The notes: generated by a model not told the origin, from the sequence alone. A stretch of DNA of 64,000 nucleotides from Oscillospiraceae bacterium (GCA_045617625.1 JAZLJA010000036.1:10252-74251); one strand, 5' to 3'. Positions 46,429-56,333 are shown, numbered from the stretch's first letter. Numbers and translations: made by a program.

Positions 46429-47505
46429 ATGAAACGATTATCAGCACTTTTCACAGCATGGATGACTGCATTTGTTCTGCTGCAAACTATGTGTATGCCT
46501 GCAAATGCCGCACCTGATATCTCCGCAAAAGCCTGTGTGCTGATGGATGCGCAGACAGGTCTGCTGCTCTATGGGAAAAACAGTGACGAAAAACGTCCGA
46601 TGGCAAGCACCACCAAAATCATGACGGTGTTGCTGACGCTTGAATCGGGCAATCTGGACACGCCGTTTTCTGTGGACAGTGAAGCGATTCATGTGGAGGG
46701 CTCGTCGATGGGACTGCGTGAGGGCGATATCGTGACAAAACGTGCGCTCTGCATCGGAATGCTGCTGCCCTCAGGCAATGATGCGGCAAATGCCGCGGCA
46801 GTCAGAGTCGGGGGCGATATGCCGCATTTTTTGCAGCTGATGAACGCCCGTGCTGCTGAAATCGGCATGACACACACCTGCTTTGCATCGCCCTCGGGGC
46901 TGGATGCAGAGGGACACGGGGCTTCTGCATACGATATGGCACTGCTTGCGCGGGAAGCACTTCAGAATCCCGATTTTGCGGAGATTTGCAGTCAGCCGAG
47001 CATGACGGTGTCGTTTGGAAATCCGCCTTATCCGCGGATGCTGCAAAACACAAACCGTCTGCTGAAGATGGATGATACCGTCATCGGGGTGAAAACGGGT
47101 TTCACCGATGCGGCAGGTCGATGTCTGGTCAGTGCGTGTGAGCGTGACGGCAGGCGGCTGATCTGCGTCACCTTGCACGACACAAACGACTGGGCTGACC
47201 ATCAAGCCCTTTATGATTACGGCTTTGCGGAAACTGCCGATGTGACGGTACCTCTGCCGCAAACGCGCACGCTGCCTGTCGAGGGGAGCAGCATTTGCGA
47301 GGTGCCTGTTTATGCAAAAACACCGCTGATGCTGACCGCATGGCACGGCGTTGCCGCTCAGGTGACGGAAACGCTTCTTCTGCCGCCGTTTGTGACAGCA
47401 CCGCTCAGAAAAGGCGATCCCGCAGGCACGCTGGTCTATACCTACGGTGCTGTTGAGGTTGCCCGTCTGCCGCTGCTCATCGGCGCAGATGTTGATGCAG
47501 TCTGA
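46429..47505 (+). CDS. serine-type D-Ala-D-Ala carboxypeptidase (PBP5/DacB-like)
   Basis: Signal peptide plus the SxxK (ASTTKIMT), SxN (PSGND) and KTG (VKTGFT) motifs. Confidence 0.9.
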   Translation: MKRLSALFTAWMTAFVLLQTMCMPANAAPDISAKACVLMDAQTGLLLYGKNSDEKRPMASTTKIMTVLLTLESGNLDTPFSVDSEAIHVEGSSMGLREGDIVTKRALCIGMLLPSGNDAANAAAVRVGGDMPHFLQLMNARAAEIGMTHTCFASPSGLDAEGHGASAYDMALLAREALQNPDFAEICSQPSMTVSFGNPPYPRMLQNTNRLLKMDDTVIGVKTGFTDAAGRCLVSACERDGRRLICVTLHDTNDWADHQALYDYGFAETADVTVPLPQTRTLPVEGSSICEVPVYAKTPLMLTAWHGVAAQVTETLLLPPFVTAPLRKGDPAGTLVYTYGAVEVARLPLLIGADVDAV

Positions 47506-47693
47506 GCGCATATTTTCTTTTTATCATAATTTTTTCACCATTTCTTTATTGTTTCTTAATCATTTTGAGTCTTGTTTTTTCAGAAAAAACGCGGTATAAT
47601 ATGGATAATCTGATCTGAAGCGAAGCCGCGCAGATTCAGAGAAACATAAGATATTATACATCGCTGCTGTTTACGAATCGAGGCAAATCAAAA

Positions 47694-49502
47694 ATGAAAG
47701 CACAGCATTCAACCCCTGTTTCCCATGAAGTGAACCGCTCACAGCCGTCGTTTTGGGTGCGCCTGCAAAAAAGGCGCATGGAGCATCAGACAAACGACCG
47801 CCTGTTCAACGCATTCCTGATGATTTTGTTTCCCGCATTTATCGTTTGTCTTGCAGAAGTGAACCAACACATCGAAGTCACGGATTTTCTGCGTTTTTGC
47901 ATTCAGCGTCCGTCAGTCATGCTGTTTGATTTCTTCATGGCATATCTGATGTTTGCAGCCCTTTTGCTGTTCACCAACCGTGGCTGGATCGCATCGTGGA
48001 TCCAGGGCATCGGCTATATGATCGTCAGCATTGTGGAGCTGTTCAAGTACAGCACCAACGGCAACCACTTCAAGCTTGCAGATCTTTCCCTGACCTCCAA
48101 TGTCAAAAATCTCACAAGCTTTGCGTACATCAAGATCACGCCTGCACTCATCATATATCTGACACTGCTTGTCGTGGTGCTTGGCTTGATATATATGCAG
48201 AATCCGAAGTTTTCGGCATCATGGCGCAAGCGACTGGCACCTGCACTCTGCTGCACCGCCGCTTATGCCGCCGTGATCTGCATTCCTTCCGTTTCTGAAT
48301 CCGTTTACGGATTTTTCGATGTGGATACGTCCGCCTCACATAATGCGTTTGCCACCAACGAAAAATTTGAGAATAACAGTATGCTCGCTTTTATTGCGGA
48401 GACCACTTCCGAACGTCTTGGCAATCTGCCTGTTGAGCCTGATCGTTACAGCCCTGAGGTGGTGGAAAGCCTGCTTACCGAAGAACCCACCGCATCGGGC
48501 AATGCGAAAAAGCCGAATGTGGTGGTCATCATGTCGGAATCGTTTGCGGATTTTCGCAGGGTGTCGTCAACGCCGCTTGCCACTGACGCCTATGACGCAT
48601 TCGACCGCGCCGCTGATCGAAGCAGAAAATGCAGCGTTGTTGTGCCGACCTTTGCATCCTATACCGTGCGCACGGAATTTGAACTGATGTTTGGTCTGCC
48701 TGTGCGCTCGCTGATGGACACCATCACCCCGCAGCAGGAAATTTCCGTGGAAGCCCCTGCCTCTATGGTATCGTATCTGGATCATATCGGCTATCAGACC
48801 GTCTATGTGCATCCGTTCACAGGGACATTTTACGGCAGAGACGAGATCTATGCGACCTATGGCTTCGATCGGATGCTGTTTGACGAAGATCTGACCGTTC
48901 CGGTGGAATATTTCGGCAACGGATATATTTCTGACCGCACCGTGGCAAATCAGATCTTGCAGCTGATGCAGGAAAGTGATGCGCCGCTGTATGTTCATGC
49001 CACGACCATGCAGAATCATCAGCCCTATGACTGGATCGAGAATCAATCGGAACTGAATGTGTATCTGGAGGGTGTGCGTGCAACGGGCGATGCCTTGTGT
49101 GCGCTGATGGATGGTATCGAAGCGCTCAACGAGCCGACGGTGCTGTTGTTTGTGGGCGATCATTTCCCCTCCATGCGTGCTGAGGGCAACATTTATGACG
49201 CAATGGGCATCGACAGTGAAAATTGTGCGGTGCTGTACGAGCAGCCTGCGCTGGTGTGGAGCAATTTCGGACTTGATTCTTCCAATCTGCCCACAGAGAC
49301 GGTATCAGTGTTTTATATGACGCCTGCGATCTGTGAAGCGGCGGGGCTGCCGCTGGATTCGTTCTATGCGACGGTGCTGGCACAGCAGAAGAAGGATCCT
49401 GTTTACACATCCATTTTCATGGATGCGGAAGAACGCAATGAAACGCTTGACCTGCTGACGTATGATCGGATTCTGGGCATGAATTATTCGGGAAATGACT
49501 GA
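47694..49502 (+). CDS. LTA synthase/sulfatase-family membrane phosphotransferase
   Basis: About 5 N-terminal TMs plus an extracytoplasmic sulfatase-like domain (VVVIMSESFADF). The start codon is uncertain. Confidence 0.8.
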   Translation: MKAQHSTPVSHEVNRSQPSFWVRLQKRRMEHQTNDRLFNAFLMILFPAFIVCLAEVNQHIEVTDFLRFCIQRPSVMLFDFFMAYLMFAALLLFTNRGWIASWIQGIGYMIVSIVELFKYSTNGNHFKLADLSLTSNVKNLTSFAYIKITPALIIYLTLLVVVLGLIYMQNPKFSASWRKRLAPALCCTAAYAAVICIPSVSESVYGFFDVDTSASHNAFATNEKFENNSMLAFIAETTSERLGNLPVEPDRYSPEVVESLLTEEPTASGNAKKPNVVVIMSESFADFRRVSSTPLATDAYDAFDRAADRSRKCSVVVPTFASYTVRTEFELMFGLPVRSLMDTITPQQEISVEAPASMVSYLDHIGYQTVYVHPFTGTFYGRDEIYATYGFDRMLFDEDLTVPVEYFGNGYISDRTVANQILQLMQESDAPLYVHATTMQNHQPYDWIENQSELNVYLEGVRATGDALCALMDGIEALNEPTVLLFVGDHFPSMRAEGNIYDAMGIDSENCAVLYEQPALVWSNFGLDSSNLPTETVSVFYMTPAICEAAGLPLDSFYATVLAQQKKDPVYTSIFMDAEERNETLDLLTYDRILGMNYSGND

Positions 49503-49515
49503 GATTCATCTTGAT

Positions 49516-49556
49516 AAACAAAGCGGACGACCTTTTGCAGGTCGTCCGCTTTGCTT
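49516..49556. terminator. bidirectional terminator
   Basis: AAGCGGACGAC / GTCGTCCGCTT stem. The arms match those of the terminator at 40467-40501. Confidence 0.8.
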
Positions 49557-49590
49557 GTCGTGCCGTTTATATAATGGGAATTTCCAATGC

Positions 49591-50031
49591 TTATTTCGGT
49601 TTCTTCTGGCGATAGCTTGCAAAATCAAACTTCACGAGGCTGTTCACAAACGTCAGAATGTCTGATGTCACGTCCAACAGTTCCTCAGAGGTCTTTTCGT
49701 CAAGCTGCAAAAGGAAGTCGGCAGGGTACCGTGCTTCAATGTAGTAGTGGTTGAGATTCGTTGTGGCAGGCAGCCATTTTTTGAAATGTGGATCATCCTG
49801 CATTGCCTGCTTGCACAAAAACGGCAGGTTGTGTCCGTCATAAAGCCGATGCCGTTTCCAGAGCAGATATCCCTTGATGCTTTTTTCCACACACTGATGA
49901 CAATGAAATGCCACCTGATTCAGACAGCGGTTATCCTCCACGAGAATGCGGGCACAGCGCAGATCAATCGCTGCATAATAGAGCCAGTCAAAATAGCGTT
50001 TGCTGTCGTTGTCGCGGTATCCTCTACCCAT
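49591..50031 (-). CDS. HEPN domain protein (PF05168-like), putative toxin of a HEPN/MNT pair
   Basis: Helical protein with an Rx4H-type motif (RLYDGH) and the C-terminal EARYP motif. The ATG at 50031 overlaps the upstream gene by 8 nt, with RBS GGTGAGGTG. Confidence 0.8.
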   Translation of the reverse strand: MGRGYRDNDSKRYFDWLYYAAIDLRCARILVEDNRCLNQVAFHCHQCVEKSIKGYLLWKRHRLYDGHNLPFLCKQAMQDDPHFKKWLPATTNLNHYYIEARYPADFLLQLDEKTSEELLDVTSDILTFVNSLVKFDFASYRQKKPK

Positions 50032-50332
50032 AAAGCACCTCACCTGTCTCCGCAATCGACCATGCAAATGTGCGCGGGTCAGTGGAAAGCGTATTCCATT
50101 CGCTTTCTTTGTAAATTACAAGGTCATAGGGATAATCGCAGTCAACTGCGGTGTAGAGATAGCATTCCAGTTCTGAGATGTTCGGGGTGTCATCGCTGAC
50201 GATCACCGCCAGCTTGAAGCTGCGCAGTTCCCCTGTCTGGTGGTTCGATTTGTGGCTGATGTAGTAGATTTTCAGGGGTTTTCCAAGCTTTGCGATCTCA
50301 TCTGCCGTTGCTTGGATCTCAGTGAAATTCAT
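50024..50332 (-). CDS. minimal nucleotidyltransferase-fold (MNT-like) protein with degenerate active site
   Basis: 102 aa, with size and position typical of the MNT partner. The segment LKIYYISHKSNHQTGELRSFKLAVIV aligns to the usual I.LFGS.ARG....SDxDL.V but lacks both GS and DxD. RBS AAAGGAG. Confidence 0.65.
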   Translation of the reverse strand: MNFTEIQATADEIAKLGKPLKIYYISHKSNHQTGELRSFKLAVIVSDDTPNISELECYLYTAVDCDYPYDLVIYKESEWNTLSTDPRTFAWSIAETGEVLYG

Positions 50333-50354
50333 ATCGGGACGCTCCTTTCATGAT

Positions 50355-51266
50355 TTAATCGGAAAACCGCAGTTCTGTGCGGATCCCGTCATAGGCACAG
50401 GCGGTTTGCGGGAAAATATCTGCGGCGTTTGCAAGAAACGCTTCAGGATCGGGGAGTGAGGGGCTGTAATGCGTGAGCCACAGTGATTTGACATTTGCAA
50501 GCTTTGCGATCTCAGCAGCCTCCGAAAACAGCATATGCGCCGTTTCCACGGCTTTGTCGAGCTTTTCATCTTCGCCGTACATTCCCTCGCAAATGAACAG
50601 ATCGGCACTGTCCGCATATTTTGCGATCGCGGGGACAGGGCGTGAATCGGTGCAGTAGGTCAGTTTGAGCCCTTTGCGCGGTTTGCCGAGCACCTGCGAC
50701 TGATGATACACCGTGCCGTCCTCTGCGACAGCCGTCTCCTGCTTTTGCAAAACGCCCCACAATCGCTGCGGGATGCCCGCAGCCTTGGCACGTTCCACAT
50801 CGAATTTGCCCGCATGCGGCAAATGCACACTGAATCCGTAGCAGGGGAGCGTGTGACGAACAGCAAAGGCGGTCAGGACTGCATCTCCAAAGGGGAAAGT
50901 CTCGGCGGGTTCGGTCAGTTCACGGAGTTCGAGTTCAAAGGGCAGTTCGGGTGCGATGACACGCAGCCCTGCGATCGTGTGATGCAGCCCGCGCGGTCCC
51001 AGAATGGTCAGCGGCGCGGTGCGCCCCTCGTTGCCCATCGAAAGCAGCAGTCCGACCAATCCGCTGATGTGGTCAGCGTGAAAATGCGTGATGCAGAGCA
51101 GATCAATGCTTTGAAAGGAAACGCCTGCGCATTTGAGCGCGATCTGTGTGCCCTCACCGCAGTCAATGAGCATGGTGCTGCCCTGTTGACGAATCCAGCA
51201 GCAGCAAAGCCAACGGTTTTTCAGCGGCATGGTGCCGCCTGTGCCGCCCAAAACGACTTCCAGCAT
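50355..51266 (-). CDS. rnz: ribonuclease Z (MBL-fold tRNA 3' endonuclease)
   Basis: LGGTGGTMP, IDCGEGTQ and HFHADHISGL motifs. The ATG at 51266 is preceded by AAAGGAG. The track start at 51392 is too long. Confidence 0.88.
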   Translation of the reverse strand: MLEVVLGGTGGTMPLKNRWLCCCWIRQQGSTMLIDCGEGTQIALKCAGVSFQSIDLLCITHFHADHISGLVGLLLSMGNEGRTAPLTILGPRGLHHTIAGLRVIAPELPFELELRELTEPAETFPFGDAVLTAFAVRHTLPCYGFSVHLPHAGKFDVERAKAAGIPQRLWGVLQKQETAVAEDGTVYHQSQVLGKPRKGLKLTYCTDSRPVPAIAKYADSADLFICEGMYGEDEKLDKAVETAHMLFSEAAEIAKLANVKSLWLTHYSPSLPDPEAFLANAADIFPQTACAYDGIRTELRFSD

Positions 51267-51461
51267 TCGTCTGCTCCTTTCCTTTGTGATGATGCTTTTA
51301 TTATACCGCGTTTGGCAGGATTTGTCAATCGGTTCACAGGGCAAATCAGCGCGAAGTACAGTCTGCCGCGTAAGATTCTGCGCACTTTGCATACAGATTG
51401 CACAAATCAGACATATGGATGTTCAGCAAACTATCCAAAACGAAAAATCGAAAAATACCGC

Positions 51462-51490
51462 TTGACAAATGCGTTCCACTGTGCTATAAT
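51462..51490 (+). promoter_or_regulatory. consensus sigma-A promoter of tRNA-Arg
   Basis: TTGACA, a 17-nt spacer, then TATAAT, about 33 nt upstream of the mature tRNA 5' end. Confidence 0.75.
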
Positions 51491-51523
51491 ATTTATCGTT
51501 GACGGGAACAAGCCCGAAACAAT

Positions 51524-51600
51524 GCGCCGGTAGCTCAGTTGGATAGAGTGACTGGCTACGAACCAGTAGGTCGGGGGTTCGAATCCCTTCCGGCGCACCA
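51524..51600 (+). tRNA. tRNA-Arg (anticodon ACG), CCA encoded
   Basis: Cloverleaf with acceptor GCGCCGG/CCGGCGC, D-arm GCTC...GAGT, anticodon stem ACTGG/CCAGT with loop CTACGAA, T-arm GGGGG-TTCGAAT-CCCTT, discriminator A and CCA. Confidence 0.93.
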
Positions 51601-51630
51601 AAATCCCTGCTCGTTTGAGTGGGGATTTTT
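51601..51630 (+). terminator. hairpin terminator immediately after tRNA-Arg
   Basis: AAATCCCTGCTC-GTTT-GAGTGGGGATTT stem with a short T tail. Confidence 0.55.
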
Positions 51631-51649
51631 CATCATCCATATCAAAAAC

Positions 51650-51816
51650 CTTATCACGAGTGGTGGAGGGACGGGTCCTGTGAAGCCACGGCAACCGCAT
51701 CTCACGATGAATGGTGCCAAATCCTGCGGCGGTGCGTTGCATCTGCCGAAAGATGAGGAACGTAATGCAACAGCAAGCGGCAGCATTCGTTTCCTGCGAA
51801 TGTGCCGCTTTTTTCG
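51650..51816 (+). promoter_or_regulatory. SAM-I (S-box) riboswitch with expression-platform terminator, upstream of metK
   Basis: CTTATCACGAGTGGTGGAGGGACGGGTCCTGTGAAGCCACGGCAACC ... GGTGCCAAATCCTGCGG ... GAAAGATGAGG closely matches the S-box core. Terminator AAGCGGCAGCATTCG / CGAATGTGCCGCTT plus T6 lies at 51775-51816. Confidence 0.9.
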
Positions 51817-51832
51817 TTGAAAGGACAGAAAC

Positions 51833-53005
51833 ATGAAAAGATTCTTTACATCCGAATCGGTCACGGAGGGACATCCCGACAAAATCTGTGACCAGATCTC
51901 TGACGCGGTTCTGGATGCCATTCTCGAACAAGATCCTGCGGCGCGTGTTGCGTGCGAAACCTGCTGTACCACGGGCATGGTGCTTTGCATGGGCGAAATT
52001 TCCACCACGGCATCTGTCGATATCCCGCGCATTGCACGCGAGGTCATTCTCGATATCGGCTATGACCGTGCGAAATACGGCTTTGACGGTCACACTTGCG
52101 CGGTGCTGACCACCATCGACAAGCAGTCGGGCGACATTGCACAGGGCGTTGACTGCGCGTTCGACCGCACAGAGGACGAAATGGATGCACAGGGTGCAGG
52201 CGATCAGGGCATGATGTTCGGTTTTGCCTGCGATGAAACCCCCGAACTGATGCCGCTGCCGATCTCGCTTGCCCAAAAGCTTGCACTTCGTCTGACTGCC
52301 GTGCGGAAAAACGGCACGCTCAATTATCTGCGCCCCGATGGAAAAACGCAGGTCACTGTTGAATATGAAAATGATGTGCCTGTGCGCGTGGATACCGTGG
52401 TCGTTTCCACACAGCACGCGGAATCGGTCACGATGGAGCAGATTCGTGCAGATTTGCTGGAACTTGTGATCCGTCCGACCATTCCTGCCAATCTGATGGA
52501 CGCAGATACGAAGATTTTCGTCAACCCGACGGGAAGATTTGTCATTGGCGGTCCGCAGGGCGACAGCGGTCTGACAGGCAGAAAAATCATTGTGGACACC
52601 TATGGCGGCTATTCGCGGCATGGCGGCGGTGCTTTTTCGGGCAAGGATCCCTCAAAGGTTGACCGCTCGGCTGCGTATATGACGCGGTATATTGCGAAGA
52701 ACATCGTGGCGGCAGGGCTGGCAAAGCGCTGTGAGGTGCAGCTTGCCTATGCAATCGGTGTGGCGAAGCCTGTTTCGGTGTTTGTGGAGACATTCGGAAC
52801 GGGCACTGCGGATGATGAAACGCTTGCAGCGGCGGTATCGGCTTGCTTTGATCTGCGTCCTGCCGGAATCATCCGTACACTTGATCTGCGCAAACCGCAG
52901 TATCGCAAGCTGGCAGCATACGGGCACATGGGCAGAGAAGATCTGATGCCTGCATGGGAGCGCACCGACAAAGTCGATGCACTGAAAGCATATCTGAACA
53001 AATAA
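51833..53005 (+). CDS. metK: S-adenosylmethionine synthase
   Basis: [32 protein letters not shown] and [19 protein letters not shown]. Confidence 0.96.
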   Translation: MKRFFTSESVTEGHPDKICDQISDAVLDAILEQDPAARVACETCCTTGMVLCMGEISTTASVDIPRIAREVILDIGYDRAKYGFDGHTCAVLTTIDKQSGDIAQGVDCAFDRTEDEMDAQGAGDQGMMFGFACDETPELMPLPISLAQKLALRLTAVRKNGTLNYLRPDGKTQVTVEYENDVPVRVDTVVVSTQHAESVTMEQIRADLLELVIRPTIPANLMDADTKIFVNPTGRFVIGGPQGDSGLTGRKIIVDTYGGYSRHGGGAFSGKDPSKVDRSAAYMTRYIAKNIVAAGLAKRCEVQLAYAIGVAKPVSVFVETFGTGTADDETLAAAVSACFDLRPAGIIRTLDLRKPQYRKLAAYGHMGREDLMPAWERTDKVDALKAYLNK

Positions 53006-53014
53006 TCTGATCAT

Positions 53015-53066
53015 AAAAGGTTCGCGGCATGACTCCGAAATGTTCATGCGGCGAACCTTTTGTTTT
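53015..53066 (+). terminator. intrinsic terminator of metK
   Basis: 16-bp stem AAAGGTTCGCGGCATG / CATGCGGCGAACCTTT (one mismatch) followed by TTTTGTTTTT. Confidence 0.8.
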
Positions 53067-53218
53067 TGCTGCCGCTGATAGAATGGTTCCGCAAAATCGC
53101 AAAATCGCCAAATCATAATCATCGAAGATACTGCTTTCCCGCATTGACTTTTTTTGCGGATTGTGGTATCATATTTCATGAAAGCTTCGGCTCAATCTTC
53201 AAAATCGGAGGGATACCC

Positions 53219-54916
53219 ATGAAACTGAATATCGAATCCGGAAAACGACTGATCGCCGTCGCACGCGGCGATGCGCCTGCAGATCTGGTGCTGAAAAATG
53301 CCCACTATCTCAACGTGTTCACCAACGCCTGGTGCGATGGCGACATCGCTGTGGCTGAGGGGAAAATCGCAGGCATCGGCGGTGAATATGTCGGAAAAGA
53401 GATTATTGATGCTGGCGGAAAATGGGTCGTCCCTGCACTGATCGATGCGCACATTCATCTCGAAAGCGCGATCGTCGCGCCGCGTGAATTTGCCCGAATC
53501 GCTCTTGCACACGGCACGGGCGTTGTCGTGACTGACCCCCATGAGATCTCCAACGTCATCGGAACCGACGGCATCCGCTATATCTTGCAGGCAACCGAAA
53601 ATCTCGGCCTTGATGTGCGCGTGATGCTGCCCTCCTGTGTGCCTGCCACGCCTCTCGACGAAAACGCAGGCGCACTTTCGGCTGAGGATATCGACGAATT
53701 TTACGATAATCCGCGTGTTCTGGGACTTGCTGAGATGATGGATTATGTGGGCGCATACAGCAGTGACGCAACGATCGCAAAAATCACGGCGGCGCACGCA
53801 CACGGCAAGATCGTTGATGGTCATGCACCCGCGCTGACAGGCAGGGTGCTGGATGGTTATATCGCGGCAGGGATCTATTCTGACCATGAGTGCGATAATC
53901 TCGAAAATGCGCTTGAAAAGCTGCAAAAGGGACAGTATATCATGATTCGTGAGGGCACTGCGGCACGCAATCTTGCGGCACTGATGCCTCTGCTGACTCC
54001 GCAGTATGCGTCGCGCTGCCTGTTTGCAACCGACGACAAGCATCCAAACGATTTGCTCGAAAAGGGGCACATCGACTATATGCTGCGTGAATGCTTTGCT
54101 GCGGGCGTTGACCCGATTCTTGCGCTGAAAGCCGCCACATTCAATGCTGCACAGTATTTTTCCCTGCGGCAGAAAGGTGCGATTGCAGGCGGATATGATG
54201 CGGATCTGATTTTGCTCGACGATTTGCAGTCGTTTGCCATCGACCGCGTGTGGTGCGGCGGTGTTCTGCGGGCTGAAAAGGGCACTGCATCACCGATGCC
54301 TGCGCCGCAAATCGACGCGGCTTTGCTTGCCAAGGCGCATGACACCATGCACACCGATCAGATCTCTGCGGAGATGCTTGCGTGCGGTGAAAAGCCTGTG
54401 ATCGGGCTGCTGGCAGGCGAATTGCTCACCACTGACTGCGGCATGGCTGACGGCATCGACTTTGCAAACGACATTCTCAAGGTTGCGGTGGTGGAGCGTC
54501 ACAGGAACACAGGACACATCGGCATCGGTTATCTTAAAGGCTACGGCTTGCGCAGGGGCGCGGTGGCAACAAGCATCGCGCATGATTCGCATAACATCAT
54601 AGCGGTTGGTGCCTCGGATGCGGATATCTGTGCGGCGGTCAATCGTGTGATTGCCGAAAAAGGCGGTATTTTCGTTGTGGACGGTGACCAAGTGACAGGG
54701 CTGCCGCTGGAAATCGGCGGGCTGATGAGTGAGCAGCCGATGGAACAGGTCAATGCGGCATTGGAGGCTGCAAAAGCGGCGGCGTATGCGCTGGGCGTGA
54801 ATGCGGAGATCGACCCGTTTATGTCTCTTTCGTTCCTCAGCCTGCCTGTGATCCCTGCGCTGAAAATCCTGACAAAAGGCGTGTTTGACGTCACGACATT
54901 TTCTTATCGGGAATAA
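53219..54916 (+). CDS. ade: adenine deaminase
   Basis: Amidohydrolase fold with PALIDAHIHLES and the adenine deaminase C-terminal domain. The ATG at 53219 follows GGAGGGA. The track start at 53060 lacks support. Confidence 0.88.
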   Translation: MKLNIESGKRLIAVARGDAPADLVLKNAHYLNVFTNAWCDGDIAVAEGKIAGIGGEYVGKEIIDAGGKWVVPALIDAHIHLESAIVAPREFARIALAHGTGVVVTDPHEISNVIGTDGIRYILQATENLGLDVRVMLPSCVPATPLDENAGALSAEDIDEFYDNPRVLGLAEMMDYVGAYSSDATIAKITAAHAHGKIVDGHAPALTGRVLDGYIAAGIYSDHECDNLENALEKLQKGQYIMIREGTAARNLAALMPLLTPQYASRCLFATDDKHPNDLLEKGHIDYMLRECFAAGVDPILALKAATFNAAQYFSLRQKGAIAGGYDADLILLDDLQSFAIDRVWCGGVLRAEKGTASPMPAPQIDAALLAKAHDTMHTDQISAEMLACGEKPVIGLLAGELLTTDCGMADGIDFANDILKVAVVERHRNTGHIGIGYLKGYGLRRGAVATSIAHDSHNIIAVGASDADICAAVNRVIAEKGGIFVVDGDQVTGLPLEIGGLMSEQPMEQVNAALEAAKAAAYALGVNAEIDPFMSLSFLSLPVIPALKILTKGVFDVTTFSYRE

Positions 54917-54931
54917 GGAGCGCAGGACACG

Positions 54932-55465
54932 ATGGGGTATCTGTATCTGACACGGCACGGCGAGACGATCTGGAATGTGGAAAACAAAATCTGCGGGGCG
55001 ACGGACATTGCGCTCACCCCGCGAGGACATCAGCAGGCGATTGCACTGGGCGAGTATCTGCGTGATTCGGGCATTGCGGTGGATGAGATCCTCTATTCAC
55101 CGCTGATGCGTGCGGCTGACACGGCAAAGCACATCGCGGAGATCACAGGCATTCCTGCAAAAGCGGAGATCGCCCTCACCGAGCAGAATTTCGGACGGTT
55201 TGAGGGCACACCGCGTGACGGGCAGGGCTTCATGGAGGCAAAGGCGCGGTTTCTTGACCGATACAGCGGCGGCGAATCCATGATGCAGGTCGGGCAGCGC
55301 GTTTACAATCTGCTTGACCGCCTCAAATCTGACCCGAAAACGTATCTTCTGGTGGCGCATGGCGGCATTGCCCGCATGGTGCGCTCCTATTTCGAGGATA
55401 TGAGCAATGAAGAATATGCACGCAGCGGCTTGAAAAACTGCGAACTGCTCCGATTTGAATTCTGA
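54932..55465 (+). CDS. histidine phosphatase family protein (phosphoglycerate mutase/CobC-like)
   Basis: LTRHGETIWN (RHG motif) and a second catalytic His in LLVAHGG. Confidence 0.85.
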   Translation: MGYLYLTRHGETIWNVENKICGATDIALTPRGHQQAIALGEYLRDSGIAVDEILYSPLMRAADTAKHIAEITGIPAKAEIALTEQNFGRFEGTPRDGQGFMEAKARFLDRYSGGESMMQVGQRVYNLLDRLKSDPKTYLLVAHGGIARMVRSYFEDMSNEEYARSGLKNCELLRFEF

Positions 55466-55470
55466 CAAAC

Positions 55471-55510
55471 AAAAAACCGAAGCTCCCAAATGGAAGCTTC
55501 GGTTTTGTTT
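55471..55510. terminator. bidirectional terminator between the phosphatase gene and rpsR
   Basis: AAAACCGAAGCT / AGCTTCGGTTTT stem flanked by A and T runs. Confidence 0.85.
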
Positions 55511-55527
55511 TGTCCATCAAACTCGGA

Positions 55528-55776
55528 TTAGTCCGAAGTGTAGGGCAGCAGTGCAACGTATCTTGCACGCTTGATAGCAGTGGTCAGCGCACGCTGATGG
55601 TAAGCACAGGTGCCGGTGACACGGCGGGGCAGAATCTTGGAACGCTCCGTCATGCACTTTCTTAGGCGGTTGATGTCCTTGTAGTCAATGACTTCCACCT
55701 TGTCGGCGCAGAACATGCAAACCTTTCTGCGGGGTCTCTTGGCACCGCGCTGCATCTTTTCATGATCCATAGGCAT
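55528..55776 (-). CDS. rpsR: 30S ribosomal protein S18
   Basis: [19 protein letters not shown]...[16 protein letters not shown]. The ATG at 55776 lies 9 nt after GGAGGG. Confidence 0.93.
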   Translation of the reverse strand: MPMDHEKMQRGAKRPRRKVCMFCADKVEVIDYKDINRLRKCMTERSKILPRRVTGTCAYHQRALTTAIKRARYVALLPYTSD

Positions 55777-55805
55777 AGTCAAATTCCCTCCTTTTCAGGA
55801 ATTGG

Positions 55806-56333
55806 TTAGAACGGAACTTCTCCGTCACTTAAAATTTCTTCAAATTCGCCGATATCGCCGATGTTCAAGCCGCCGCCCTGCTGAGGTGCGGGCTGTGCGG
55901 GAGCTGCATAGTTTTGCTGGGGTGCGGAATAATTCTGCTGCGGGGCACCGTAGCCACCATTCTGATAGCCGCCCTGCGGTGCGGAATAATCGCCGCCGCC
56001 CTGCGAAGCACTTTTGCTCTCGCCGAAGCTGACATTGTCAACCTGAACGTTCATGCGATAGTGTTTGACACCGTTATTATCCGTGTAGTTGTCATTGCGG
56101 AGGGCACCCTCTACGATGATCATGCTGCCTTTGTGAAAATAACGGCTCACAAATTCTGCTGATGTTCTCCAGGCAATGCAGTCGATGAAATCGGCTTCAC
56201 GCTCACCTGTCTGCTTATTGGCAAACTGGCGGGACACTGCAACGGAAAACCGACAGCAGGGAATACCGGAGGTCGTCTGCCGAAATTCAGGATCTCTGGT
56301 CAGTCTTCCCATCAGGATAACCTTGTTAATCAT
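55806..56333 (-). CDS. ssb: single-stranded DNA-binding protein
   Basis: MINKVILMGRLTRDPE OB-fold, Gly/Gln-rich tail and a C-terminal acidic tip DGEVPF. RBS AGGAGG lies 9 nt upstream. Confidence 0.93.
   Translation of the reverse strand: MINKVILMGRLTRDPEFRQTTSGIPCCRFSVAVSRQFANKQTGEREADFIDCIAWRTSAEFVSRYFHKGSMIIVEGALRNDNYTDNNGVKHYRMNVQVDNVSFGESKSASQGGGDYSAPQGGYQNGGYGAPQQNYSAPQQNYAAPAQPAPQQGGGLNIGDIGEFEEILSDGEVPF

Noticed and set aside
53067-53218. Possible purine riboswitch upstream of adenine deaminase
   Set aside because: The leader after the putative promoter (TTGACT-17-TATCAT) is about 40 nt and lacks the conserved three-way-junction sequence of purine riboswitches.
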